A stretch of DNA of 64,000 nucleotides from Bdellovibrionota bacterium (lineage in GTDB: Bacteria > Bdellovibrionota_G > JALEGL01 > DATDPG01). The notes beneath the pieces were generated by a model. That model saw only the letters and a list, made by a program, of their open reading frames with translations, searched no databases and had not been told where the DNA came from. Positions 40,219 to 49,062 of this stretch are shown piece after piece. The stretch lies in NCBI GenBank assembly GCA_963668355.1, contig OY764265.1, forward strand, positions 1,472,001-1,536,000. Reading direction: 5' to 3'. Both the position numbers and the translations under genes were made by a program. Every line of letters starts with the position of its first letter. Within the stretch, counting starts at the first letter, position 1.

Positions 40219-41721
40219 ATGAAACGAATCGTACTCTGGATGATGCCTTTGATTTTGTTGTCGGTTTCCTGTGACTCTCTTCAGTTTGAAAAGAAGAAAG
40301 ACAAGATTTGGCAGGACCCTCCTAAAAAAACTTCGCCTAATACCGTTCCCTGGAAAGGCCAAGCCGTGGGCGCCGATACGTTCATCAAAATTGCAAAAAA
40401 GGCTGACCTGGCTGTGGTCAATATTGGGACCACGAAGATTGTTGAACGCTCTCGGGCCAAAAGCTTTCACTATGGACCCAAGGACTCTTCTCCTTTTGAA
40501 GATTTTTTTGGAGACGAGTTTTTTAAACGTTTTTTTGGGGACACCAAAGACATTCCAGAAAAGAAACAACATAGTCTCGGATCTGGCTTTGTCATTAGCG
40601 AGGACGGCTATATCGTCACCAATAACCATGTCATTGATAAGGCCGATGAGATCACGGTCACGATTGGAAAAGACCAGGAATACAAGGCCAAGGTTGTGGG
40701 TGCCGATCCCAAGACCGATGTGGCGCTTTTAAAAATTAAACCCAAGACCAAACTCACCACCTTGGTTCTGGGAAATTCGGATGAATTGCAGGTGGGCGAA
40801 ATTGTCGTGGCGATTGGAAATCCCTTTGGCTTTTCCCATACGGTTACGCAAGGAATTGTCAGTGCCAAACAGCGTGCGATTGATTTGCCGGTTTGGGCCG
40901 AATTCATTCAAACCGATGCTTCCATCAATCCCGGAAACTCTGGAGGGCCTTTGCTGAATTTAAGGGCAGAAGTTATCGGAATCAACACGGCCATTGCCGC
41001 CATGGCGCAAGGCATCGGCTTCGCCATCCCCATCAATCTGGCCAAGAACATCTTCATGCAACTCAAAGAAAAAGGATCGGTCACCCGTGGATGGTTGGGG
41101 GTCTATATTCAAAACTTGGATGAAGAATTGGCGAAATCCATGGGCTTGGAGGATCGAAAAGGTGCGCTGGTTTCCAGCGTTCAACAAGGCAGCCCGGCCC
41201 ACGAAGCGGGAATCAAACAAGGCGACGTGATCATCAAATTCGGAGACCGAAAGGTCGATGATTTCAACGATCTGCCTCGTTATGTGGCCCAAACCCCTGT
41301 GGGGAAAGAAGTGGATGTCGTTGTGAATCGTCGGGGTGAGGAAAAGACCATCCAAGTTAAAATTGGAGAGCTCAAGGGCGCGATCGAAGAAGGCCGAAAC
41401 GAAGAAGAAGAGGGCGTCAAACAACCCTCCAAAGTCGATCTCCTGGGATTGTATGTGTCCACACTCACCAAAGCGCGTGCGCGAGACCTGGATCTTCCTC
41501 CGGGAACGCAGGGCGTCGTTATTGATGGGGTGACCGCGGACAGCCCGGCCATGGAAAAGGGCATCCGTCGAGGAGATGTCATCATTGAGGTGAATCGCAA
41601 GAGCATTTCGGGACTCAAGGCCTATAATAAGGCCTTGAAATCATTGAAAAAAGGAGGCACCGCGCTTCTCCTCATCATGCGCCCGGGAGGCCGTACACTT
41701 TTTGTTGCAATTACGCTATAA
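40219..41721 (+). CDS. HtrA/DegP-family serine protease with two PDZ domains (probable lipoprotein)
   Basis: GSGFVI, TNNHV, DVAL, IQTDASINPGNSGGPL, two PDZ domains. Confidence 0.97.
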   Translation: MKRIVLWMMPLILLSVSCDSLQFEKKKDKIWQDPPKKTSPNTVPWKGQAVGADTFIKIAKKADLAVVNIGTTKIVERSRAKSFHYGPKDSSPFEDFFGDEFFKRFFGDTKDIPEKKQHSLGSGFVISEDGYIVTNNHVIDKADEITVTIGKDQEYKAKVVGADPKTDVALLKIKPKTKLTTLVLGNSDELQVGEIVVAIGNPFGFSHTVTQGIVSAKQRAIDLPVWAEFIQTDASINPGNSGGPLLNLRAEVIGINTAIAAMAQGIGFAIPINLAKNIFMQLKEKGSVTRGWLGVYIQNLDEELAKSMGLEDRKGALVSSVQQGSPAHEAGIKQGDVIIKFGDRKVDDFNDLPRYVAQTPVGKEVDVVVNRRGEEKTIQVKIGELKGAIEEGRNEEEEGVKQPSKVDLLGLYVSTLTKARARDLDLPPGTQGVVIDGVTADSPAMEKGIRRGDVIIEVNRKSISGLKAYNKALKSLKKGGTALLLIMRPGGRTLFVAITL

Positions 41722-41778
41722 TATTAGTGGCTTAGCCCCCTTGACAGGGGCTGAAATGTGATTAAATACTACGGGCAG

Positions 41779-42633
41779 ATGGCTACGAATACGACAGCGT
41801 TAACTTTAAGAGGCGGTCTTCAGACCTACTTTGATCAGATCGCTCAGATTCCCGTGCTTTCGCGCGAGGAAGAGTTTGAGTTGGCGACCCAATGGTATGA
41901 AACACGAGACCGTGATGTAGGTCAGCGTTTGGTGGTTTCGAATCTGCGCTTTGTGGTGAAGATTGCCCGTGAATATTCCAAATATGGATTTCGCATGGCT
42001 GATCTCGTTCAAGAAGGAAACTTGGGTCTTTTGCATGCCATTGACCGATTTGATCCACGAAAGGGATTTCGTCTCATCACTTACGCGGTGTGGTGGATTC
42101 GCGCCTATATTCAAGCTTTCATTCTTCGTTCATGGTCCATGGTTCGTGTTGGAACCACACGCATTCAGCGCCGCGTGTTTTCGGGTTTGCAAAAAGCCCG
42201 AAGAAAAATTGCGGCCATGGGAGGCGATGCTCCTCAAACCAAACAATTGGCGCAGGAGTTAGAGATTCCCGAGGACGAACTCAGAGAAACCGTTCAGCGC
42301 TTGGAAAAGCGAGATGTGAGTTTGGATCAACCCGTATACGAAGATGGTCCACAATCTTTGGGCGACACGATGGCCGATGATGCCATTGATGTTGAATCGC
42401 GCGTGATTTCTCAAGACATTCAAGAAAAAGTGCGCGAGACGTTGGATGATGTGTATGACGAGTTGAAACCTCGGGAGAGGTATCTCTTGGAAAACCGTTT
42501 ATTGTCGGACTCTCCTGCAACTTTAGAAGCTGTGGGAAAAGAATTTGGCGTCACACGGGAACGCGTTCGTCAAATTGAAGAAAGCCTCAAAAAGAAACTC
42601 AAGAAACATCTCGCTCCTGCACTGGCCGCGTAG
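41779..42633 (+). CDS. RpoH (sigma32)-like RNA polymerase sigma factor
   Basis: SNLRFVVKIA, DLVQEGNLGL, FRLITYAVWWIRAYI, GTTRIQRRVF (diverged RpoH box), GVTRERVRQIE. Confidence 0.9.
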   Translation: MATNTTALTLRGGLQTYFDQIAQIPVLSREEEFELATQWYETRDRDVGQRLVVSNLRFVVKIAREYSKYGFRMADLVQEGNLGLLHAIDRFDPRKGFRLITYAVWWIRAYIQAFILRSWSMVRVGTTRIQRRVFSGLQKARRKIAAMGGDAPQTKQLAQELEIPEDELRETVQRLEKRDVSLDQPVYEDGPQSLGDTMADDAIDVESRVISQDIQEKVRETLDDVYDELKPRERYLLENRLLSDSPATLEAVGKEFGVTRERVRQIEESLKKKLKKHLAPALAA

Positions 42634-42650
42634 GTCTTGTTTTTACTCCT

Positions 42651-45600
42651 TTATTGGTTCTGATCGTACATGTCGTACTGGTAGTCCACCTGTTTCGTGT
42701 CAGGCACTTCGATTCGTCCCACTTGACCGTAGTTGTCCTGTTGACCACTTCGGGCGCTGTGAATGGCCCACTCGACCAGTTGATTGCGGACGACCTGAGG
42801 TGCATTTTCTCCCGCTTGTTTGGCCAAAACATCCAGGACATCCACCATTCGAGGGAGACTGCGGTTTAAAACGTTTCCGGGGTTGGTTTCGAAGTCTCGG
42901 AGTTGACTTTGAAAATTATACATTCGTGTATTTTCCATGAGAAAGAACTCGAAAAACATCACTCGAGCGTCTTCCAACTGAACGTCAAGATCGTCGTTGC
43001 TATTCTTGTATTCATTTCGCATGCGATGTTCCAAGTCTCGAAGTCCCTGGTTAAACCACTCAATTGTTCGTTCATGAGTGGGGACGTCTTGCCTGGAGTC
43101 CGTTCGATTTTTTAAAAGTGTTTTCATGAATGGGTTTGTTCCATAGGGATGTTCCGGACCCACAAATTTTTCGATTCCGATTTCACTGCGAACGGCCATC
43201 TCGACAAAGAATCGAGCCATGCTCCAGTGGTGAGCTGCGTCGGTTCGCCAATTTCCGCTGATTACGCTCGATTGAATTTCTTGATTGGAAAGGTTTCGCT
43301 TTTCAATGGCTCGTTCCAAATGCTTTGCGACGGGTACGTCGGGGCTGGGGTTGATGGAAGAGTTTCCCACATCAATCCATCGAAAGGTATTCCCAGTCAA
43401 AACCACACTTCCCTCAACCGTATCCAAAAATGCGAGGCCTGCTTGTAGCATTTGAGTATGTTCAGAGAGGACTCTCCCGAGAGAGCCGTTGGGAAGTTCT
43501 TCTCCTCTGCCGTGCTCCAGGATGGATTCCAATGACGGGCCTAGCCCTCGGCTTTTCACAATCGCATGGTCAGAAGTGGCAAGGCTAAAATCGGGAAATA
43601 GGTCAGGCATGATTGAGTTGATGATGTCTGTCTTTGCGGCTGAGCTTTTGTATTTACCCAAATGTAAGAGTCCACCGTCAATTTGTCCGATTGTTTTAGA
43701 GAACAAATAAACTTCACCTTCTCGAACCAAGAAACCGGTGGAGGAGAATCCTTGGCCCAAAAAAAGTGCCGGAGTGGAAACACCTTTGATGGGTAAGTCT
43801 GGAACGAAGACCACGGATCGACCAAATTGATTTTTATAAATGCGACCAAGGTGTTGTTGCTCATATCCTCCTTTACGAAGTCCATCTTGCGCGGCTCGCA
43901 GCTCTGTTGGATTTTCTTTGGGAACCTCTTTCCATTGAATGTCTCCATTGGCATCTCTTCCCAAAACGGCAACTTGCTCAGAGGGTTTAAATCCACCTCT
44001 TCCGAGTGTTTCTTGGAGCCCGCGGTCTGAAATTTTTTGAGGAGGTGTTTCGGCCTTAATTTGGGCCGGATTTTGTTTGGGTTCTGAAGATTTCTCAGGA
44101 ATTTCCGAGCGTTGTCTGGGAGCTTCCGTTGTGGAAGAAGACGTGGGAACGTTAGGCTGAGCAGGGCTTTTTTTGGTTCTTAATCCATTGGCTCGGTTCG
44201 GGCGAACGCTGCCTTCGGTTCCACTCTGACGGGCTTCCATGACATCCATTCCGGGGCGAGGAGCCCGGGTATTTGGAAGTTCCATGGGGATATAGTCCCC
44301 TTCCGCGCCCGCAGCTTGGGCCATTTGTTGCCTTTGAGCTTGTGCGGAAGGCCTGTCGGATCTGGAGCGTGGACGGACAAGCCGCAATCGATCTCGAATG
44401 GAGGTCGAGGAGGCTCCGCCCTGCATGGTGGCGGAAGCGATTCGGAGTTCAACGACCAGAAGGAGTGCGTTGGCCCAATTTTCCAAGACCTTTCGTTGCT
44501 GAGGATCTCCTGACAACATGAGTTCGAGTTGTGTCACGCCGGCGAAGGAAAAAGACTCGGTGAGGAGTTCGCCGAGAAAAATGCTTTTGGATTTCATTTT
44601 GGGAAGAATGTCATCGGCCATGGCCAATTGCGTATGATGTGGCGTTATTCCATTTGGGGCGATCAGACCTCGTTGCATGAATTTTTGAAGAACGCCGTAA
44701 TAAGCAAAGCGCCCCACAGAGATGGCTCCAAACATGAGCGTGGCACTTCGGAGGCCTTTCCAGTAATCGTCCCAGGCTTTCATTCCCACAAAGGGAGTGT
44801 GAAGAGCCGCATAGGCGGTATGGAATGTCGGACCGGCAGCTCCAACGAAAACGGACCCAGGAACAATGGCTCTCGCAATCTTCCAACGCCAAGCGGAGGA
44901 GGCCAATGCGTGGTATCCGAACTTCCGAACGAGAAATGCCCGCCAGCTTCCACTCATGCCTCGGGTGGCCAAACGACCTGCCCATCCAGCGGCTCGACCT
45001 GCGGGGAGAATGAAGAGAAAAATTTCTCCCACCTGTTGCGTGAAGCGATCTTTGGAAGCTTGGGTCCACTCCATGGGGCGATCAAATGGATCAAACAACC
45101 ACGCATACAAATCATAGGCTTTTTGAAACTGCGTGAGTGTGAGGATGTTGGAAAAATGTGGATCCTCTCGATCGATCTTCCGGAACGCGAAATGTGCTTG
45201 AAGTCGTTGACGTTCGAAGTTCAATAAGTCTGAAACAAAATCTTCCTTGGTTATGGATGTGCCCGCGTAGTGGGCATTTTCTTCGATGTCTTTTCGATGT
45301 TTTTCGTAATGATGGGCAAACTCTTCCGCGAGACCTTCGTGATCCAATTTTTCTTCAATCTCGTTGAGCTCGTTGGAAGATAGTCTGCTTCCCGCCTCAA
45401 CCAGCGCATAGTTTAAAAAGTAACGCTCCAGAACCAAACGCGCCTCTTCATATCGTTTGATTTCGCCAAAATATTGCGCGACGCCCAGCCAAATGTCGCC
45501 AAGGTGAGAGAGTTTGAGGTGGGGTTCGAATTTTTCTGCGCGTTCAATTTTATATTGGTTCCAGGAAAATCCGATTTTTACGTTTGCCGCATCCAGAAAT

Positions 45601-46157
45601 ACATGTTTGCTCCACCGATTCATGAGCGGACCAAAGACCGCTTCGTAGGCGGCATCTTTTTTAGGGTTGTCGTTATAAAATGGAATGCTTTGGGTTTGAT
45701 TTACATTTCTCCAAGCTTCCACAAGCGTGTTGGCTCTTCCTTCAAGGAGTTCATCTTTTAAGCGTGAACGAACCTGGTCACGGGCTTCAAATTCCTCGGC
45801 AAGACGTCTTTGTTCGCTCCGCATGAGCCGAGTCAGCCAAGGGGTAAGGCGTTGCTGAGTTTCGTCTACAAGTTCGGCGAGGTCCAGCAACTCCAAAGCC
45901 AATCGACTGGTTTGAAGCCTTTGCTCCAGCCCTGGGAGGTCCAAATCCTTTGAAACCTCTTGAATGAATCGAATGAGATCTGCGTTGGTTTGCTGAGTGT
46001 TTAAAAGAAGTTCAGAACCGGTCCATTGAACTTGTTGGGTCCATTTTTGGGCAAAAGATTCAGGAGTGATGGGCAGAGATCTGGTTTCGGCTCCGGAAGT
46101 CCTCGGACTCGCGAGCGCAAACACCATGATGACAAGGATGAACTTCCCCAAATTCAA
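42651..46157 (-). CDS. Large secreted hypothetical protein with hydrophobic core, Pro/Gln-rich linker and kinase-like C-terminal domain
   Basis: 1168-aa ORF with signal peptide; LGQGFSSTGF, FSKT, FLDTVEGSV, WIDVG in kinase-motif order. Confidence 0.75.
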   Translation of the reverse strand: MNLGKFILVIMVFALASPRTSGAETRSLPITPESFAQKWTQQVQWTGSELLLNTQQTNADLIRFIQEVSKDLDLPGLEQRLQTSRLALELLDLAELVDETQQRLTPWLTRLMRSEQRRLAEEFEARDQVRSRLKDELLEGRANTLVEAWRNVNQTQSIPFYNDNPKKDAAYEAVFGPLMNRWSKHVFLDAANVKIGFSWNQYKIERAEKFEPHLKLSHLGDIWLGVAQYFGEIKRYEEARLVLERYFLNYALVEAGSRLSSNELNEIEEKLDHEGLAEEFAHHYEKHRKDIEENAHYAGTSITKEDFVSDLLNFERQRLQAHFAFRKIDREDPHFSNILTLTQFQKAYDLYAWLFDPFDRPMEWTQASKDRFTQQVGEIFLFILPAGRAAGWAGRLATRGMSGSWRAFLVRKFGYHALASSAWRWKIARAIVPGSVFVGAAGPTFHTAYAALHTPFVGMKAWDDYWKGLRSATLMFGAISVGRFAYYGVLQKFMQRGLIAPNGITPHHTQLAMADDILPKMKSKSIFLGELLTESFSFAGVTQLELMLSGDPQQRKVLENWANALLLVVELRIASATMQGGASSTSIRDRLRLVRPRSRSDRPSAQAQRQQMAQAAGAEGDYIPMELPNTRAPRPGMDVMEARQSGTEGSVRPNRANGLRTKKSPAQPNVPTSSSTTEAPRQRSEIPEKSSEPKQNPAQIKAETPPQKISDRGLQETLGRGGFKPSEQVAVLGRDANGDIQWKEVPKENPTELRAAQDGLRKGGYEQQHLGRIYKNQFGRSVVFVPDLPIKGVSTPALFLGQGFSSTGFLVREGEVYLFSKTIGQIDGGLLHLGKYKSSAAKTDIINSIMPDLFPDFSLATSDHAIVKSRGLGPSLESILEHGRGEELPNGSLGRVLSEHTQMLQAGLAFLDTVEGSVVLTGNTFRWIDVGNSSINPSPDVPVAKHLERAIEKRNLSNQEIQSSVISGNWRTDAAHHWSMARFFVEMAVRSEIGIEKFVGPEHPYGTNPFMKTLLKNRTDSRQDVPTHERTIEWFNQGLRDLEHRMRNEYKNSNDDLDVQLEDARVMFFEFFLMENTRMYNFQSQLRDFETNPGNVLNRSLPRMVDVLDVLAKQAGENAPQVVRNQLVEWAIHSARSGQQDNYGQVGRIEVPDTKQVDYQYDMYDQNQ

Positions 46158-46209
46158 CCTGATTCCCCCTAACAGTTTCAGTTAAATCACAATTTAGAGG
46201 GAAAGAAAA

Positions 46210-46224
46210 GCAAGCAACATGCCA
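46210..46224 (-). promoter_or_regulatory. Sigma54 promoter for the 1168-aa gene
   Basis: TGGCATGTTGCTTGC, GG-N10-GC. Confidence 0.7.
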
Positions 46225-46274
46225 CCTTTGGACGTTCAAGAAGCCCAAAGGTGGCCACTAACTCATTAAAAAAA

Positions 46275-47822
46275 CTACTTTTTTGCGGAGGTCAGTTTGG
46301 CTTGAGTGAACAGCATGAGATAATCACGTCCCCCTGCCTTAGAATCTGTCCCACTCATGTTGAAACCGCCAAAGGGGTGAACGCCTACCAAAGCGCCTGT
46401 GCACTTTCGGTTATGGTAGAGATTTCCAACGTGATATTCCCGTTTGGCTCGTTCCCAGACGTCTTGAGATTTTGTGTAAATCGCACCGGTGAGACCAAAC
46501 ATCGTGTTGTTGGCAATGTCAAATGCATGGTCGATGTCCTTGGCTTTCGAAATGGCCAATACCGGACCAAAGATTTCTTCCTGCATGATGGTGGCTTTTT
46601 CGTCCACATCCTTAAAAACATGCGGAGCAATATAATGACCCTCTTCACTGACTTTTTGGCCGCCAACGATCATTTGGCCTTCTTTTTTGGCAATCTCAAT
46701 GTAATTGTTAATGGTCTTTTTGGCTGAGGCACTAATCACGGGGCCCATATAATTGCCTTGCTCTTTGGATTGCCCCATCACAATTGCTTCCGTTTTCTTT
46801 TGAATCAGAGGAAGAATTTCGTCGTACACATCTTGGTGAATGATGGCACGGGAACAAGCAGAGCATTTTTGTCCTTGGTAACCAAATGCCGAAGCTACGA
46901 TTCCTGTGGCGGCGTCTTCCAAATCTGCATCGCTATTTACGACGATGGAATCTTTTCCACCCATTTCAGCGATCACACGTTTGATCCAAATTTGTCCTTC
47001 TTGGTGTTTGGCTGCCAACTCATTGATGTGCAGGCCGACTTCCATAGAACCCGTGAAGCTGATGAAGCGCGTTTTCGGATGGCCGACCAAGGTATCTCCG
47101 ATTTCCGCTCCGCTTCCCGGCAGGTAGTTGAGTACGCCTGGAGGGCAACCCAAGCCATGCATCATTTCTGCAAAGAGATAGGCAATTCCTGGTGTGTCCG
47201 AAGCGGGTTTTAAAATGACACAGTTTCCTGAAACGATCGCAGCTGTGGTCATGCCAACCATGATCGCATTGGGAAAATTCCAAGGGGGGATTACCGCACC
47301 AACACCCAAAGGAATATATGTGAGTTCATTGTTCTCCGTTGGGATTTTCGTTACGGGTTGTTCAGAAGCATAACGAAGAGCTTCGCGCCCATAGAATTCC
47401 ATAAAATCAATCGCCTCGGCGGTATCGCCATCAGCCTCTGGCCACGTCTTTCCGGCTTCTAATACCATCCAAGCCGAAAACTCGTGTTTGCGTTTTCGCA
47501 TTTCAGCAGCGGCTTTGAAAAGAAGGTCGGCTCGCTCTTGCGCAGATTTCATCGACCAGGTTTTAAAAGCTTTTTGCGCTGCGTTCATGGCATCCGCTAG
47601 ATGGTCTTTCGTAGCTTTGGCAAACGTGCCGATCACTTCAGACGTTTTAGAAGGATTGGTGGAAACAAACGTTTGCGAGCTGGAGACTTTTTCACCATTA
47701 ATAATGAGCGGGTAATTTTTTCCAAAAAGCCCCTCGACTTCTTGGATGGCTTTTTCCATGGCTTGTTGGTTCTCAGGTTTTGAAAAATCGGTGAAAGGTT
47801 CGTTTTTGAATTCGCTCGGCAT
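46275..47822 (-). CDS. pruA: L-glutamate gamma-semialdehyde (P5C) dehydrogenase
   Basis: FKNEPFTDF, EAIDFMEFY, PPWNFP, FTGS, EMGGK, GYQGQKCSACSR, EEIFGP, PFGGFNMSGT. Confidence 0.95.
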   Translation of the reverse strand: MPSEFKNEPFTDFSKPENQQAMEKAIQEVEGLFGKNYPLIINGEKVSSSQTFVSTNPSKTSEVIGTFAKATKDHLADAMNAAQKAFKTWSMKSAQERADLLFKAAAEMRKRKHEFSAWMVLEAGKTWPEADGDTAEAIDFMEFYGREALRYASEQPVTKIPTENNELTYIPLGVGAVIPPWNFPNAIMVGMTTAAIVSGNCVILKPASDTPGIAYLFAEMMHGLGCPPGVLNYLPGSGAEIGDTLVGHPKTRFISFTGSMEVGLHINELAAKHQEGQIWIKRVIAEMGGKDSIVVNSDADLEDAATGIVASAFGYQGQKCSACSRAIIHQDVYDEILPLIQKKTEAIVMGQSKEQGNYMGPVISASAKKTINNYIEIAKKEGQMIVGGQKVSEEGHYIAPHVFKDVDEKATIMQEEIFGPVLAISKAKDIDHAFDIANNTMFGLTGAIYTKSQDVWERAKREYHVGNLYHNRKCTGALVGVHPFGGFNMSGTDSKAGGRDYLMLFTQAKLTSAKK

Positions 47823-47986
47823 TGCATGATCTCCTTTAAATTAAGCTACTTGCGACTATAAGCCCGGGGTCGCGCCGGCAGTATACCAACGGAATTTAGA
47901 GTGGCAAGATGAGTTGCTTCCAATTCCGAACAAAAACGCCCTAAACCCCTGTCTCTGTCCAGGATTCTCAGAAGGGGTCTGACCCC

Positions 47987-48511
47987 TTATGGGTTCTTTC
48001 GTGTGAAGCGCCACTTGCAGACGTAGTTGTCTGGGTGAGGATCGGGGGGGCAGCTGACGCACTCTGTGTCTATTCGCGGATCGATGGTTTTGGCAAAGCC
48101 ACTGTATTCAACGATTCCTACGGATTTGCATGGAAAATCGGGCAAGTTTTTTCGGTGGCGGGCATCTTGAACGCGGCACCGATTCATTTCGAATGTGAGC
48201 GTGTTTTCATCCAAGCGTTCCGATTTTTGATCATTGATTCGAGCGTACAGGCGAAACCGCAAGGCTTTTTCCAATGCATCCAAGCCACCATCTTCGGGAA
48301 TGTTCTGACGTTTCATGATGCGCTTGGCTTCAATGGCGGTGAATTTTTCCCAGGCCTCTGCATCACACTGAATGGCTGCATCCATTCCGCTCATTTTTTC
48401 CACTGCCTGGAACCAAAGTCCATCATGAGCCAACCAATTCTTGGCGGCATCTTCGAGCATGTCGATGAGTTGTTCTTTGGAGAGTTTCTCAAGGTCTGAG
48501 CGATTGGGCAT
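47987..48511 (-). CDS. Conserved hypothetical protein (DUF6125-like)
   Basis: KNWLAHDGLWFQAVE, CRVQDAR, FPCKSVG, CPPDPHP..CKWRF. Confidence 0.75.
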   Translation of the reverse strand: MPNRSDLEKLSKEQLIDMLEDAAKNWLAHDGLWFQAVEKMSGMDAAIQCDAEAWEKFTAIEAKRIMKRQNIPEDGGLDALEKALRFRLYARINDQKSERLDENTLTFEMNRCRVQDARHRKNLPDFPCKSVGIVEYSGFAKTIDPRIDTECVSCPPDPHPDNYVCKWRFTRKNP

Positions 48512-48662
48512 GGCAAAATCGTATCGCAAAAAAACACCCGCATAAAGCGGGCCTTTTTTATGGCCTGCCCAGGCGTAGCACTTAAGTAAATGAGCAGGGC
48601 TTTGTCTGTCTTCGCCAAGTCTTCGCCGGGCCAGTCTTCACTCGGTTATACCTCCCGAAGAC

Positions 48663-48683
48663 TGACAGGCGCGAGAGGAATTG
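48663..48683 (-). repeat. att-like copy of the tRNA-Trp 3' end
   Basis: tgacaggcgcgagaggaattg versus tggcaggcgcgagaggaattg (48939-48959): 20/21 identical, 276 bp apart. Confidence 0.85.
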
Positions 48684-48938
48684 GTCAGGTTCGAGATGCT
48701 GTCCGCTTCGCTCCCAACCTCTCGAACCTGACATAACGGACTCTAGGGCCTTGCGGCCCAAGACTCCGTAAAATCGAGTCGTTCGGTGCTGGTTGTACCA
48801 TAAGTTTTTGCTTTGATTCGGGCCCTGCAAGAAACGTAGATCGCGTTTTCAAAGGAAAGTGGCGCACCTCTCTACCTTGGTTCAAAAGCACTTTTGGTGT
48901 TTGTAAGCATGTGCGGTTACGCAACGGGGTGAGTTTTA

Positions 48939-49014
48939 TGGCAGGCGCGAGAGGAATTGAACCCCCAACCCCCGGTTTTGGAGACCGGTGCTCTGCCAAT
49001 TGAGCTACGCGCCT
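48939..49014 (-). tRNA. tRNA-Trp (CCA)
   Basis: 76-nt cloverleaf AGGCGCG...; anticodon arm CCGGT-CTCCAAA-ACCGG; TTCAATT T-loop; encoded CCA end. Confidence 0.97.
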
Positions 49015-49062
49015 ACCGAGTGGGTTTTGTTGTCAGCTCATCTACCAGCTTCCACGCTGGAG

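Noticed and set aside
41734..41770. CIRCE-like operator before the RpoH-like gene
   Set aside because: The inverted repeat agcccc/ggggct around TTGACA is short and does not match TTAGCACTC-N9-GAGTGCTAA; it may be a weak terminator or promoter.
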